DNA of 64,000 bases, taken from an uncultured Methanosarcinales archaeon (GTDB lineage Archaea; Halobacteriota; Methanosarcinia; Methanotrichales; Methanotrichaceae). Every line of letters begins with the position of its first letter. Position 1 is the first letter of the stretch. The translations under genes were made by a program, and so were the position numbers. The notes beneath the pieces are model-generated. The model made no database searches, was not told the origin of the DNA, and worked only from the letters and a program-made list of their open reading frames with translations. Below, one piece after another: positions 10,310 through 20,311 of the stretch. The stretch is from assembly GCA_963843555.1 (NCBI GenBank), contig CAWJKV010000002.1:1-64000 (forward strand), given 5' to 3'.

Positions 10310-11140
10310 ATGGAAGCGATCTTCGACTTAAGAAACATCTCCTACTCATACGTGGGAAAGATAAATGCCCTGAAAGATATCAGCTTAGAGATAGGACAGG
10401 AGGAGCAGGTATCAATAATCGGCACAAACGGCAGCGGCAAATCGACTTTGCTCGCCATTTTAAATGGATTGATATATCCCAGCACAGGAGAATTCTATGC
10501 CTTTGATAATCAGATCACCGAAGAGATCTTTGATGCTGTTAAGGATAATAAGTTCCGATCTTATTTCCGCACCAAGGTAGGCTTTGTCTTTCAAAACTCG
10601 GATATTCAGCTCTTTTCCCCCACGGTCTTCGAAGAGATTGCTTTTGGACCCCTGCAGCTCGATGTCACTCCAGAGGAGGTTAAGACCAGGGTCGATGACA
10701 TCCTGGAGATGATGGAGATCGCCAAGCTCCGGGATAGGTCGCCTCATACCCTGAGTGGCGGAGAGAAGAAGAAGGTATGCATAGCCACTGTCCTGGTTAA
10801 CAATCCCGATGTCCTTCTACTGGACGAGCCCACGGCCGGACTTGATCCCAGAACTCAGCTCTGGCTGGTTGAGCTCCTGCAGGAACTGGGACGGGCGGGC
10901 AAGACCATAATCATTGCCACCCATGACCTGGAGATCATAGAGCAGATCAGCAAGAGGGCCATTGTCATGGGTGAAGATCACAGCATTAAAGTGGATGGAT
11001 CTGCTGAAGAGGTGCTGAGCGATTTCGATCTTCTGCTGGCTGCAAATCTCATTCATGAGCACATGCATCTCCATGGCAGACTGGTACATGAGCATCTGCA
11101 CGGCCACAGGGAAGAACATATACATGGACATTACACCTAG
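10310..11140 (+). CDS. cbiO: ECF transporter ATPase with His-rich C-terminus
   Basis: GTNGSGKST, LSGGEKKKV, LLLDEPTAGLDP; tail HEHMHLHGRLVHEHLHGHREEHIHGH. Confidence 0.93.
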   Translation: MEAIFDLRNISYSYVGKINALKDISLEIGQEEQVSIIGTNGSGKSTLLAILNGLIYPSTGEFYAFDNQITEEIFDAVKDNKFRSYFRTKVGFVFQNSDIQLFSPTVFEEIAFGPLQLDVTPEEVKTRVDDILEMMEIAKLRDRSPHTLSGGEKKKVCIATVLVNNPDVLLLDEPTAGLDPRTQLWLVELLQELGRAGKTIIIATHDLEIIEQISKRAIVMGEDHSIKVDGSAEEVLSDFDLLLAANLIHEHMHLHGRLVHEHLHGHREEHIHGHYT

Positions 11141-11364
11141 ATTAGAGAAACAGATGCTGTTAGCTTGACTTTTCTTGGCAAATTGGTAAATTAAGTCAAG
11201 GGCGCTTACGGCCAATAAAGTCATATTATTGTGCAAAGATATCAGACTCCATAAAACTCATTATAGAATAGTATATATCTCATAACAACATAATAGATAT
11301 TGATAGTCAATGTATCTCCTATTCTGATAATCCTGACTATCAAAATCCAGAGAAGGTGGTATAA

Positions 11365-11547
11365 ATGGAAGAGAAGCATGAACATGAGCACAAGCCAGAA
11401 AAGATGCATGAACATGAACACGAACACGATATCAAACATCAGCACGAGCATGAGCACGAAGACAAAACCCATGAGCATGAACACAAACACGAAATAACGC
11501 ATGAACATGTTCATGGGGAAGAGGAAGAGCATAAAAAGAAAGATTAA
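11365..11547 (+). CDS. Small His/Glu-rich protein (60 aa, 19 His)
   Basis: AGGTGG RBS-like motif before ATG; HEHEH repeats; followed by a T-rich terminator-like tract. Confidence 0.75.
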   Translation: MEEKHEHEHKPEKMHEHEHEHDIKHQHEHEHEDKTHEHEHKHEITHEHVHGEEEEHKKKD

Positions 11548-11791
11548 ACTGATTCGAAACTCATTTTTTTTCTTTTGCTGGCCAAGCTGTGCAAGATGGC
11601 CAAGATTGTAATTTTCGTACCAGCTCGATATGCCCAACAACTGATCTGGAACGGACTTCGCAGAAGACATAAATCCTATCGAAAAGTTCATAAATCATAA
11701 GCTAATTTTCAGATATTGTAACAACAAATGGCTGAGAAGAGATTGGAGCCTGGCGTCAACAATCGCGAGGAATAAGAGAAGGTGAAATATA

Positions 11792-12163
11792 ATGAACCAT
11801 CCTGATCGTGCATTCTCCTTCCAGGAGATCAAGAGTAAAGATGACCTGATGACAGCAATGATCAACTGCAAATGGCCTCTTTGCTATAGCTTCTATCATG
11901 CGAAACTGCTCTACCTGAACGATGGCGAGAGCGAGGATTTTCCGGAATACGCCGTCGTGACAATTGACAAGACGGAATGTCGCTTTGGCATTCACGGGCG
12001 CGAAGTGGGACGGATCAAGCCCGCAGGCATGCAGGCCTCAGAGGTGCCAAAGCTCATCCAGGAGTTGAATGCTGGCCACTATTCTGGCGAGAATCCGGTC
12101 CAGGTCGTGGCGGAGCCCAAATGGCACCACAGTTGCCAGCTTTGCAGCTTGGAAGAAGAGTAG
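11792..12163 (+). CDS. Hypothetical protein with C-terminal HHSCQLC motif
   Basis: GAAGGTGA RBS, 123-aa ORF with normal codon usage. Confidence 0.75.
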   Translation: MNHPDRAFSFQEIKSKDDLMTAMINCKWPLCYSFYHAKLLYLNDGESEDFPEYAVVTIDKTECRFGIHGREVGRIKPAGMQASEVPKLIQELNAGHYSGENPVQVVAEPKWHHSCQLCSLEEE

Positions 12164-12692
12164 AACATAACCTGTACTGCGCCGGGCCGGAGGGGGTCAA
12201 TCTATGTTCCCCTGGCCAGGAATTGCTACATACAGGAGAATAATTGCACTTATGATGTATCCGGGTCCATCCCGGATTGTCTTTCCCTCCGGAAGGAGAG
12301 ATTTTATGCAGGTAAGGCATTCGTCCAGACAGAAGTTAGGCCTTCATGGGAGGCATGCGCGAATGGGTATCTGTCCTAACACTGCAATGCACCGGATTTC
12401 TAAAGTGAGGACCCCATATTGCTGGAGGGGAGGTTTTCCCGGGATTTCTCCAGTGAAGCCTTTGAGTCATTTAACGATTCTTTCCGATTTCCATTGTAAC
12501 TTGTAGTACAACTTATGCCAAGAAAAATAATAAGGGATAAATTATATGCACGATGGTCGAGTTTTGATACAAATAGTCATCATTTTCTTCCAGGAAAAAC
12601 CATCTTGATGCATGAAGAAAGCCTCAGAAAGACTTAATAGCCAATAATTTCATGATATACTATCAAGCATAAAGAAATGGAGGTGATTTAAG

Positions 12693-12809
12693 ATGTGTTG
12701 CCATACAGACGATAAGCATGAACATGGACATGAGCATGAAGGCGAGAAGCATGTGCACGAGCACATTCATGATGCAGAACACAAGCACGGACATAAGTGC
12801 TGCCATTAA
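12693..12809 (+). CDS. 38-aa His-rich peptide MCCHTDDKHEHGHEHEGEKHVHEHIHDAEHKHGHKCCH (not in ORF track)
   Basis: GGAGGTGA RBS just upstream; 13 His; CCH at both ends; located in the Ni/Co transport locus. Confidence 0.75.
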   Translation: MCCHTDDKHEHGHEHEGEKHVHEHIHDAEHKHGHKCCH

Positions 12810-12971
12810 TTCTAAATATCTTTTTCGATAATTTATTCAGAAGAGGATTCCTGGCACGGACTCTGGGCAACTGGTTTTCAGAGCATGCCAGGATTTCCTT
12901 AATGGCGAATTTGAAGTACCAGGATTGTTTAATTGGCCTCCTTCTAGCTTGTTCTGCTCACTCTTCATACA

Positions 12972-13166
12972 TCAAAGAAAGATCCGGACCTTCCTGATCG
13001 GATTATTCCTTCTATCTACTACAAGGACTTCTTCACCATCTTCAATTCCTGGATCTGAGCCAACCACTTGCCCGGAGAATAGGCGACCTCCACGAGCGAT
13101 AAAGGGCACTGCCGCATCTGATACCACTACCTTGCTTATTGACGGTTCACAAACTGTTTCAGACAT
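12972..13166 (-). CDS. Stand-alone PUA-domain-like small protein
   Basis: KVVVSDAAVPFIARGGRLFSGQVVGSDPGIEDGEEVLVVD; AGGAG RBS. Confidence 0.7.
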   Translation of the reverse strand: MSETVCEPSISKVVVSDAAVPFIARGGRLFSGQVVGSDPGIEDGEEVLVVDRRNNPIRKVRIFL

Positions 13167-13258
13167 AACATACTCTCCTCTGAGAAACTCCCTTTTGGGA
13201 TGAGTATTCTCTATGGCTAAATAGATCTTACTAAGTAATAAGCCTTTTTATCATAGTG

Positions 13259-13723
13259 CTACCAAAGAGAGTGATGGGAGGCAAAAAGAGATCGGGCTGA
13301 AGAGGAGTCTACCTGGGCACAATTACAAGCCATAATGCTGCAAGACGCGCTAAACCCGGGTTCGCTGCGCTCGATAGCGGCGGTCAGCTCGTCTACCATT
13401 ACGGGCTTCGACAGGAACTCATTTGCCCCTGCATCAAGACATAACTCTCGATAAACATTCGAATCACAGTCTGTGATAACTATGATCTTCGGTCCCAGAG
13501 GCCAGCGCTCACGGATGATTTTTGTGGCCTCAATTCCATCCATCTGCGGCATCTGAATATCCATGAGCACCATATCATAAGGCTGTCTCTCAAGATAATG
13601 AAGGACCTCGATTCCGTTAGCTGCTGCTTCTGCCCGGAGGCCCATCTTCTTGAGCATCAGCTGTGTGACCTTTTGATTGACGGGATCATCTTCTGCCATA
13701 ATTATTCTTAGATTTTTATTCAT
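13259..13723 (-). CDS. Single-domain response regulator (receiver)
   Basis: AEDDPVNQ, YDMVLMDIQMPQMDGIEAT, FLSKPV. Confidence 0.92.
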   Translation of the reverse strand: MNKNLRIIMAEDDPVNQKVTQLMLKKMGLRAEAAANGIEVLHYLERQPYDMVLMDIQMPQMDGIEATKIIRERWPLGPKIIVITDCDSNVYRELCLDAGANEFLSKPVMVDELTAAIERSEPGFSASCSIMACNCAQVDSSSARSLFASHHSLW

Positions 13724-14058
13724 ACATATCCACCAGAAGTAGATAGCGCTACTTCCATCTAATAAAGAGCCGGGCCAATCTTACTATTAGCCTTCAAACC
13801 AGGCAGACAGCTTATCGGTTAAGGACGAATCGGCTGCAATGTGCTGGATCTGCCTGGTATTGAGCAATGGAGGGCCAGATCAACCCGGCGCGATTGTTAC
13901 TTGTTTCTTCATAATTATAGCTTTTTTGGTAATACAAAATTCGAAAAATAGATTCAGACAGGTTCATGCTGTCCTACATGATCTGATCGGAGCACGGCAG
14001 AGCAATCCGAGAAGTTCATCGCCCTGAGAGTGTTGGGGCCACATCTCCAGCAGGAAGT

Positions 14059-14872
14059 TCACTTGCTGGCTGAGAGGGGGATTGGAATCGAATCTGAAGC
14101 ACTATCAAGGGACCTGATAGGAACTACATGCGGCCTGCCCGATACGTTCATCACCAGTGCCTAAAACTCCGAAGACATGAGCCATGGTCTCGGCGCTGAA
14201 CAAGGAGGCCGGAGTGCCCAGGGCATGGATCTTCCCTTTTACAATCATGGCCAGCCGGTCTGAGAACCGTCCTGCCAGATTGAGGTCATGGATGGCCATT
14301 ACCGCTGATATTTTCTTCTCCTTGACGAGACGGCTTACGGCCTCCATCACCTCCAGCTGGTGTTTAATATCTAGATTGGATGTCGGCTCATCCAGGAGGA
14401 GTATTGCGGGCTCCTGGGCAAGGGCGCGGGCAATGAGCACCTTCTGCCTCTGACCTCCAGAAAGCTGGGAGAAATCGCGCATGCTCAGGTCTTCCAGGTG
14501 CAGAAGCTCCAGGATCTCAGACACCTTGTCCAGGTCGGAATCGCCGACCTTCCAGCTTATATGGGGCTTGCGACCCATGAGCACAATGTCGAATACTGTA
14601 GTGGAAAAAGGGCTGGAGCTGCTTTGGGGAACATAACCTATGGTTCGGGCAATCTCCGGCCCGCTCATGCTATTGATATCCCTTCCATCCAGGAAGATGC
14701 TGCCTTCTGCCTTTAAAATGCGGTCAATGCACTTGATTAGCGTGGTCTTACCCGAGCCATTGGGTCCCACAAGGCTAAGAATCTCTGAATGCTCCACCGC
14801 TAGATTAACATCATCGAGAATTTTATGATTGCTATAGCTGAATGTAAGGCTCTTTATATCGATTTTTACCAC
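14059..14872 (-). CDS. Iron-siderophore/cobalamin-type ABC transporter ATPase (C-terminal frameshift near 14165)
   Basis: GPNGSGKTT, LSGGQRQKV, LLLDEPTSNLD, HDLNLA; tail LVMNVSGRPHVVP in the alternate frame. Confidence 0.88.
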
Positions 14873-14937
14873 TTTTATCCCTCTGTTTTGAAAATTTGGA
14901 AGATGTTAAAATTTTATCTCTTCTCCTACTTTCAGTC

Positions 14938-15352
14938 CGTGATCGAGATTTGCCCGCATGCGAAGGAAGTGATCCCCTTGCCGTACGCCAATCGACGGAA
15001 GCTCTTCCTCTGCGGTGGCACTCTCCAGAAACAATAGGCTAAAGCCGCTTCTTTCGATAAATGAAATTATTCCGCTCGCATCGCAACCATCTCCGCTGAG
15101 AAATATGGCGGTGATAAGATCGAATCCGCTGTTGCAGCAGCTTTTTCTGATATCTGTGATCATGAGCGAGGTCATGCGATGTAGCACCAATTCGTATGAT
15201 TTGATCATCTCTTTTCAGAAGAGGAGTCCGGCCTTGGCAGTTCGGCCGGAGACCAACGACAGGCAGACGACGGTAAAGGAGTCAATAGCTCTCTGTCGCT
15301 ATTCCTGGGATAAGGATATTACCAGTTAATAAACCTTTTGCATTTCGTAGCA
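14938..15352. repeat. Copy 1 of dispersed direct repeat (core 15211-15352)
   Basis: Shares TTCAGAAGAGGAGTCCGGCCTTGGCAGTTCGGCCGGAG...CTGTCGCTATTCCT...TTTCGTAGCAA with 21989-22322. Confidence 0.9.
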
Positions 15353-15421
15353 AAATGGGACGGAGAAGGCATTAGAGCGAGTGATATCAAAATAATTTCG
15401 AACACATCATCTTCAGCTATT

Positions 15422-15449
15422 GTAATACTTTTTATAGCAGAACTGCTAC
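15422..15449. promoter_or_regulatory. Candidate NikR-type operator GTAATA-N16-TGCTAC overlapping a TATA box
   Basis: 6-16-6 geometry as in the E. coli NikR site; TTTATA in the spacer; 11 nt before ATG 15461. Confidence 0.5.
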
Positions 15450-15460
15450 AATAGTATTAT

Positions 15461-15631
15461 ATGAGAAAAGTAAAAGGAGAAGCTCTTCCAGAGAAGAGAA
15501 CCAGATCAGAGATTCGCTATTTCGATAAAGATCTCAATCCGGTTTCCAGAGACAAAGCCACGTGGGCTGTCTTCCGGGAGATGGATGACAACGGCACTCT
15601 TTTTTTTGAGGCACAGGGATTTATCGACTAG
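15461..15631 (+). CDS. 56-aa hypothetical protein MRKVKGEALPEKRTRSEIRYFDKDLNPVSRDKATWAVFREMDDNGTLFFEAQGFID (not in ORF track)
   Basis: Clean ORF about 25 nt after TTTATA; followed by a T8 terminator-like tract. Confidence 0.7.
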   Translation: MRKVKGEALPEKRTRSEIRYFDKDLNPVSRDKATWAVFREMDDNGTLFFEAQGFID

Positions 15632-15800
15632 CTTTTTTTAATATACGGCATTATACCGTCTCCCTTCTTCAAAAATATTTTTTCCTATCTTACGATAAAC
15701 ACCAGCTTGAAATTGAGCCCGTGAAGAGACGGACCGAGGTACGATCAGATTGCTCAAACCGCCCTATCTGACCTTCTGGTGGTGAAATGGGTGGTGGCAA

Positions 15801-16228
15801 ATGGTCCACATCTCCGAAGGGGTCCTCTCTCTCCATGCTGGCAGCAGCATTCCTCCTCACTGCCCTCATTGCTGTCGTCTCTATGGGCAAGATTGGCGGG
15901 TGTTATGATGAATCTGGAAAAGTTGGCCATTGAGGAAGGGAACCTGATGCCAAGGTGATGGTCCTGGATGAGCCCACATCAAACCTGGATCCACGCTCCA
16001 AGAAGGAGATGGTCTCGCACATCAGAAAGCTGCAGAGCAAATGGGACCACTATCATTTCTGCCACGCATGATGTGAACCTGGTGCCGATCCTAGAGGATC
16101 TGTTCGAGACCCTGCGAGAGGGTGGTTTTTATTCTGGAGATATTCCTTTTGCAAAAGATGAGGCTGTGAAGGCGATACGAGATCTGCTGAAAAAAAAAGG
16201 GCCCTATTATCACTCGGCCTTGATGTAG
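15801..16228 (+). pseudogene. Collapsed remnant of a second cbiM...cbiO operon
   Basis: MVHISEGVLS (CbiM/NikM N-terminus), then within 150 nt VMVLDEPTSNLDPRSK..TIISATHDVNL (ECF ATPase C-terminal half). Confidence 0.7.
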
Positions 16229-16385
16229 TCATTTCTCAAGGTTAATGCCGTTCAATATTGAGCTTGACCTTGCCATCCGTATCCGTTCACTGCCTACAGC
16301 TTGGTGTCATTGCCGATTCGTTCCTTGATATCGGAATGAAGTACTTCTACACTGTAAAATAATAAAAGAGGAAGCCTTGAAATAA

Positions 16386-17273
16386 TCAGGCTTCAGGTTT
16401 TACGTAATCAGTCCTCAGAACCAGAGTTGCGCGATAGACCGGACCAATGAAGGTCTTCTCATTGGATTTATCACCGCGGGGCAGATCCTTGGCCTCCACC
16501 ACACGCGGGTCCATGAGGGTATCAGCAACAATTATCCATTCGCTGAACTCCGAGGAATCCTTCAAGTTCAGACTGACTTTGCCATCTTTGTCTGTGACGC
16601 CAGATATCTTTGAATCATTGCCCACTTTTTCAGCGGTCACAGTGATGTTACTGACGGGTTGGTTCTTGTACAACACCTGGACCTTGAAGTCGCCTTTGCC
16701 CGCCTGAGTTATGTTGTCTACGGGTACTATCTCCAGAATCTTTCCCAGGGGCTTTGACGCAATAGTGAAATCAGAATCAGGCCCGGCGACGAAGGACTTG
16801 GCATAGGTGTTCAAAGGATAAGATCTCTCGATATACCAGTCGTCAGCCCAGCCGGTCTTGTTGATGGAATCGATGTCAATATCATCGACAAATCCGGCTT
16901 CCCAATATCCCTGCACGGGTGGATTGGTGATGAAATGAGTCCAGGAGCCGCCGTCGTTATATGCATATATCACATTCAATCCTGGAAACTCCACATTAAA
17001 ATCTAAGACCGGCCAGAATCCACTTGTAGCCGTCTTATTATTGACAAGATGATCTACCACTCCCCCATCCTGTCTCATTATGCTGAGGTTAACATAATTC
17101 TCCGGCAACTCTGCGGAGGTGGTATTGTGACCGGCTCCAATGGGCAAGATCACAACGTCTCCCATATCTGTCCAACCGGATAAGGGCCGGACGAATAGGT
17201 TATGCGCGTTCACTGCTGCAGGAGAAAATAACATAAGCAGCACCAAACATAGCAATAATTGTTTCATATACAA
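16386..17273 (-). CDS. DUF4198-like secreted metal-uptake accessory protein
   Basis: Signal peptide then AHNLFV, GAGH, YAKSFV, LEIVPV, VQVLYKNQPV, TDKDGKV. Confidence 0.75.
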   Translation of the reverse strand: MYMKQLLLCLVLLMLFSPAAVNAHNLFVRPLSGWTDMGDVVILPIGAGHNTTSAELPENYVNLSIMRQDGGVVDHLVNNKTATSGFWPVLDFNVEFPGLNVIYAYNDGGSWTHFITNPPVQGYWEAGFVDDIDIDSINKTGWADDWYIERSYPLNTYAKSFVAGPDSDFTIASKPLGKILEIVPVDNITQAGKGDFKVQVLYKNQPVSNITVTAEKVGNDSKISGVTDKDGKVSLNLKDSSEFSEWIIVADTLMDPRVVEAKDLPRGDKSNEKTFIGPVYRATLVLRTDYVKPEA

Positions 17274-17290
17274 TACACCACACCTATTTA

Positions 17291-17318
17291 GTATTACTAT
17301 CTATTTAAATGTTGTTAC
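17291..17318. promoter_or_regulatory. Candidate NikR-type operator GTATTA-N16-TGTTAC
   Basis: Overlaps the TTTAAATA TATA box of the DUF4198-like gene. Confidence 0.55.
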
Positions 17319-17498
17319 AAATTTTGCATTACAGGACAAAAGCCAGAGGAAGAAGAGAGTAAGAATTGTACATCTATGTCGGAATTATCCACATTATCTT
17401 TTTAAGAATTAAGAATAAATTTGGATCGGTATTTGTTCGGAGACTAGTAATAGAATATAGGCCAATCTTGCCAATAACGGAAAAAGATTGATGGAATT

Positions 17499-17526
17499 GT
17501 AATAATGCCATATTTCATAATATTAG
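17499..17526. promoter_or_regulatory. Candidate NikR-type operator GTAATA-N16-TATTAG
   Basis: Near-perfect 6-16-6 palindrome just upstream of TTTATTAA and the solute-binding-protein remnant. Confidence 0.5.
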
Positions 17527-17600
17527 ATCCAAAGAATTTATTAATAAAGGAGACTATTTCAGAATTGTTCCAATAACAGAGACTTATGAGAAGAATAGAT

Positions 17601-18035
17601 ATGAAGATGCAGTTAGTTTCAGCTTTGTTGATTCTGCCATTGGTGGCATAGCTCCTCTGCGGATCCGCCTGGGCAGCAGATACCCCTTGACTATAACCGA
17701 CTCGGTAGGAAGAAACATTACCTTCTCCGAGCCGGTAGAGCGGGCAATAGTACTAAACTCGGATGCGCCTGAAGCCGTAGTGATGCTGGGTGCCGTGGAC
17801 AAGGTGGTCGGGGTCTCAGATACTGTGCAGAAGAAAGGCTACTATTTCCCTATGCTTGCCAAAAAGCAGAATGTGGGCAAATGGAACCAGCCCGATTATT
17901 AGATGATCGGGGACCTGGCCCGGTTTGCAAAGATAACATTTTGCCCGATATCTTGGTAATGGATACAGCTATCCCGATAAATTCTATGGAATATATGGTG
18001 TGGAAAAGGGTCTGGCTCCCTTCAAGGATATCAAG
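17601..18035 (+). pseudogene. BtuF/FepB-like ABC substrate-binding protein remnant
   Basis: Broken signal peptide, TITDSVGRNITFSEPVERAIVLNSD..DKVVGVSD..NVGKWNQPDY*, internal stops. Confidence 0.8.
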
Positions 18036-19139
18036 AGCCAGCGATATCATGTGGGCTGACGGGGAGCAGCTCGCTCAGATGTTCTTCCTTTTGGGCGTGG
18101 AGCCGGTCTGGAAGGGCGGGCGCGTCAAGAGTTACAGAGTGATGAGTCTCGAAGAGCTGAATAGGCCCCGGATCGATGTAACTGTGCGGGTCAGCGGATC
18201 ATCAGAGACTGCTTCTACAACTGCATCGAGTTGCTCGACCAGGCCATTCAGGAGGTGGCTGCTCTTGACGAGCCCGAGGCTATGAACTTCCTTCGCAAGC
18301 ACTCCTTGCAGGGCAGCAGCCACGCCCGCATCTTCGCCAGCCGCCCGGGAACTTACGGAAATGGAGTGAACTTAGCCGTCTATGCTTCCGCCTGGAAGGA
18401 GGAAAAGGATCTCACTGACGTCTTCATTCAATGGAACAGCTATGCATATGGCAAGGATATCTTCGGCCAGGAATCAGGGCAGGCCCTGGTGCAACAGCTC
18501 AAGAGTGTGGACCTGACCTTCAATAAGACCGTCACCGATGAGTACGACCTCTTGGGATGCTGCTGCTACTTCGGCACACACGGCGGCCTGACCAATGCCG
18601 CCCGCGAGCTTTCCGGCCATGAAGTCTCGTCCTACTACGGGGATACGAGGGACCGGGAGAATGCCGAGATCAGAACCCTGGCCGATGAGATGCGCCGTGT
18701 GGTTCGGACACGGCTTCTCAACCCCAAATGGATCGAAGGAATGAAGCAACATGGCTACAAGGGCGCGGGCGACATCTCCAAACGCGTGGGCCGGGTCTAT
18801 GGCTGGGAAGCCACGACGGAAGAGGTCGACGACTGGATCTTCGACGATATCGCCAAGACCTTCGTCCTTGATGAGGAGAACCGCAAGTTCTTTGAGGAGA
18901 ACAACCCCTGGGCCATGGAGGAGATAGGCCGCAGGCTCCTGGAAGCCGAGCAAAGGGGGCTGTGGAAAGCTGACCAGGAGGTGCTGGACGCCCTGAAATC
19001 CAGCTACCTGGAGATTGAAGGCTGGATGGAGGAGAAGATGGGCGAGACAAACGGATCCTTCCAGGGCGGAAGCATCGATGTCATGCCATCGGAGCATGCC
19101 CGGGCCTGGAGGGATATGATTTCTAAAGCTAAGCAGTAG
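18036..19139 (+). pseudogene. cobN: CobN/BchH-type chelatase, C-terminal portion only
   Basis: DIMWADGE..GVEPVW, RPRIDVTVRVSG, RTRLLNPKWIEGMKQHGYKGA, NPWA..RLLEA..RGLW; N-terminal majority of the protein is missing. Confidence 0.85.
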
Positions 19140-19214
19140 AGAAAAAAAACTTGGATTAGAATCAAGCTAAAAATATGAATACATAAAATTTAGTAGAATT
19201 TCAGCAAAAAAAAA

Positions 19215-19901
19215 CTAAGAGCGGAAAGAGATCATTCTTTCCTCTCTATTCACAGATTCCTCTCCATTCTCAGATTCTTGATTTGTCGGCAATGCCGTCA
19301 TGGTTGCCTTACTATCATCGATATCAGAAAAATCGACGGAGGCATCCCTGGAAGCTTCAGTGGCATCAACATAGGCTCCTACCTCCTGTAATGTGGTTTT
19401 GATCTCGCTGAGGTTGTCTTCTATCTCCAAGGAAAGCGCCATTATCATCCCGTAGATCTCATCGGTCTTATTCAAGAAAGCTCCTGCCTGGGCGGCACTT
19501 GCTGCCGCTGCTTCTCTGTCCGCTTCTGCACTCTTCTGCAGGGACTGGATATTTTGCTCTTTACTATTGATCTCCTCCAGCAGCGCCCGAGTTTCATTAT
19601 ATATCGCCTTTGCTTCGTCTCTGGCAGACACAGCCTCATCCCTGGCCAATTGTGCCTCATTCATTAATTTTCTGGATTGAGTTATCATAATATTCGAGCT
19701 CAAGGCCATGGTCTGAGGAACCATGGGCGTCACGAAACCGGATGGCGCAAAATTGTAGCTCTGGCCGGGCAGCTTGGCTCCTGCATCCAGGTTGATGACA
19801 AGGTCGCTGGGTCCGCTGCCCAGGTAGAGTGGCTCAAGGCCCGCACATGTCAAGGTCTGCGCGAGAAACATCGAGATCATTATCACGATTTTAAGATTCA
19901 T
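19215..19901 (-). CDS. Secreted hypothetical protein with Ala-rich coiled coil
   Basis: ATG 19901 MNLKIVIMISMFLAQTLTCA signal peptide; heptad-like helical region. Confidence 0.7.
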   Translation of the reverse strand: MNLKIVIMISMFLAQTLTCAGLEPLYLGSGPSDLVINLDAGAKLPGQSYNFAPSGFVTPMVPQTMALSSNIMITQSRKLMNEAQLARDEAVSARDEAKAIYNETRALLEEINSKEQNIQSLQKSAEADREAAAASAAQAGAFLNKTDEIYGMIMALSLEIEDNLSEIKTTLQEVGAYVDATEASRDASVDFSDIDDSKATMTALPTNQESENGEESVNREERMISFRS

Positions 19902-20311
19902 GTCAGTTTTCACCCAGGCTCCATTGAACTTTCTTAGTACATAAATATTTTTATTCTTCGTCAGTAATGGCCGCGCTACTATTACGATAAAGGTCATATG
20001 GATGATGAAAGCGCCCGGAAAAGCTGGGCACCACACTCTGGGAAAATGGCGTCAACAGGCAATGAATTCCTGATGACCTGCAATCAATATTAAAATCAAT
20101 TAAAAAAGTACTTATAAGCTACATGCGTAATATTTATAAGTCCAACAAAGGAGATCTATACCTGGGAAGTTTAGGGAGACGCCATGTTGGGATTGATCCG
20201 TCAGGCCTAGGCTGACGCGGCATCCGCAAAGCAAAGGAGCTGGGGTATGAGGATGACCCAGACCATTCTTGATTTTTCTTTAAGTTACTGCATGGGAGTG
20301 TTGATGGAAAA

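Noticed and set aside
11242..11691. 149-aa Met/Phe-rich minus-strand ORF
   Set aside because: Antisense shadow of the His-rich gene (CAT/GAA codons read as ATG/TTC).
14906..15208. 100-aa ORF downstream of the repeated leader
   Set aside because: The homologous stretch in copy 2 does not keep the frame, so it is not supported as a protein.
15211..15352. Cobalamin, NiCo or preQ1 riboswitch identity for the repeated element
   Set aside because: The hallmark conserved motifs are not recognisable; it is kept only as an unknown structured element.
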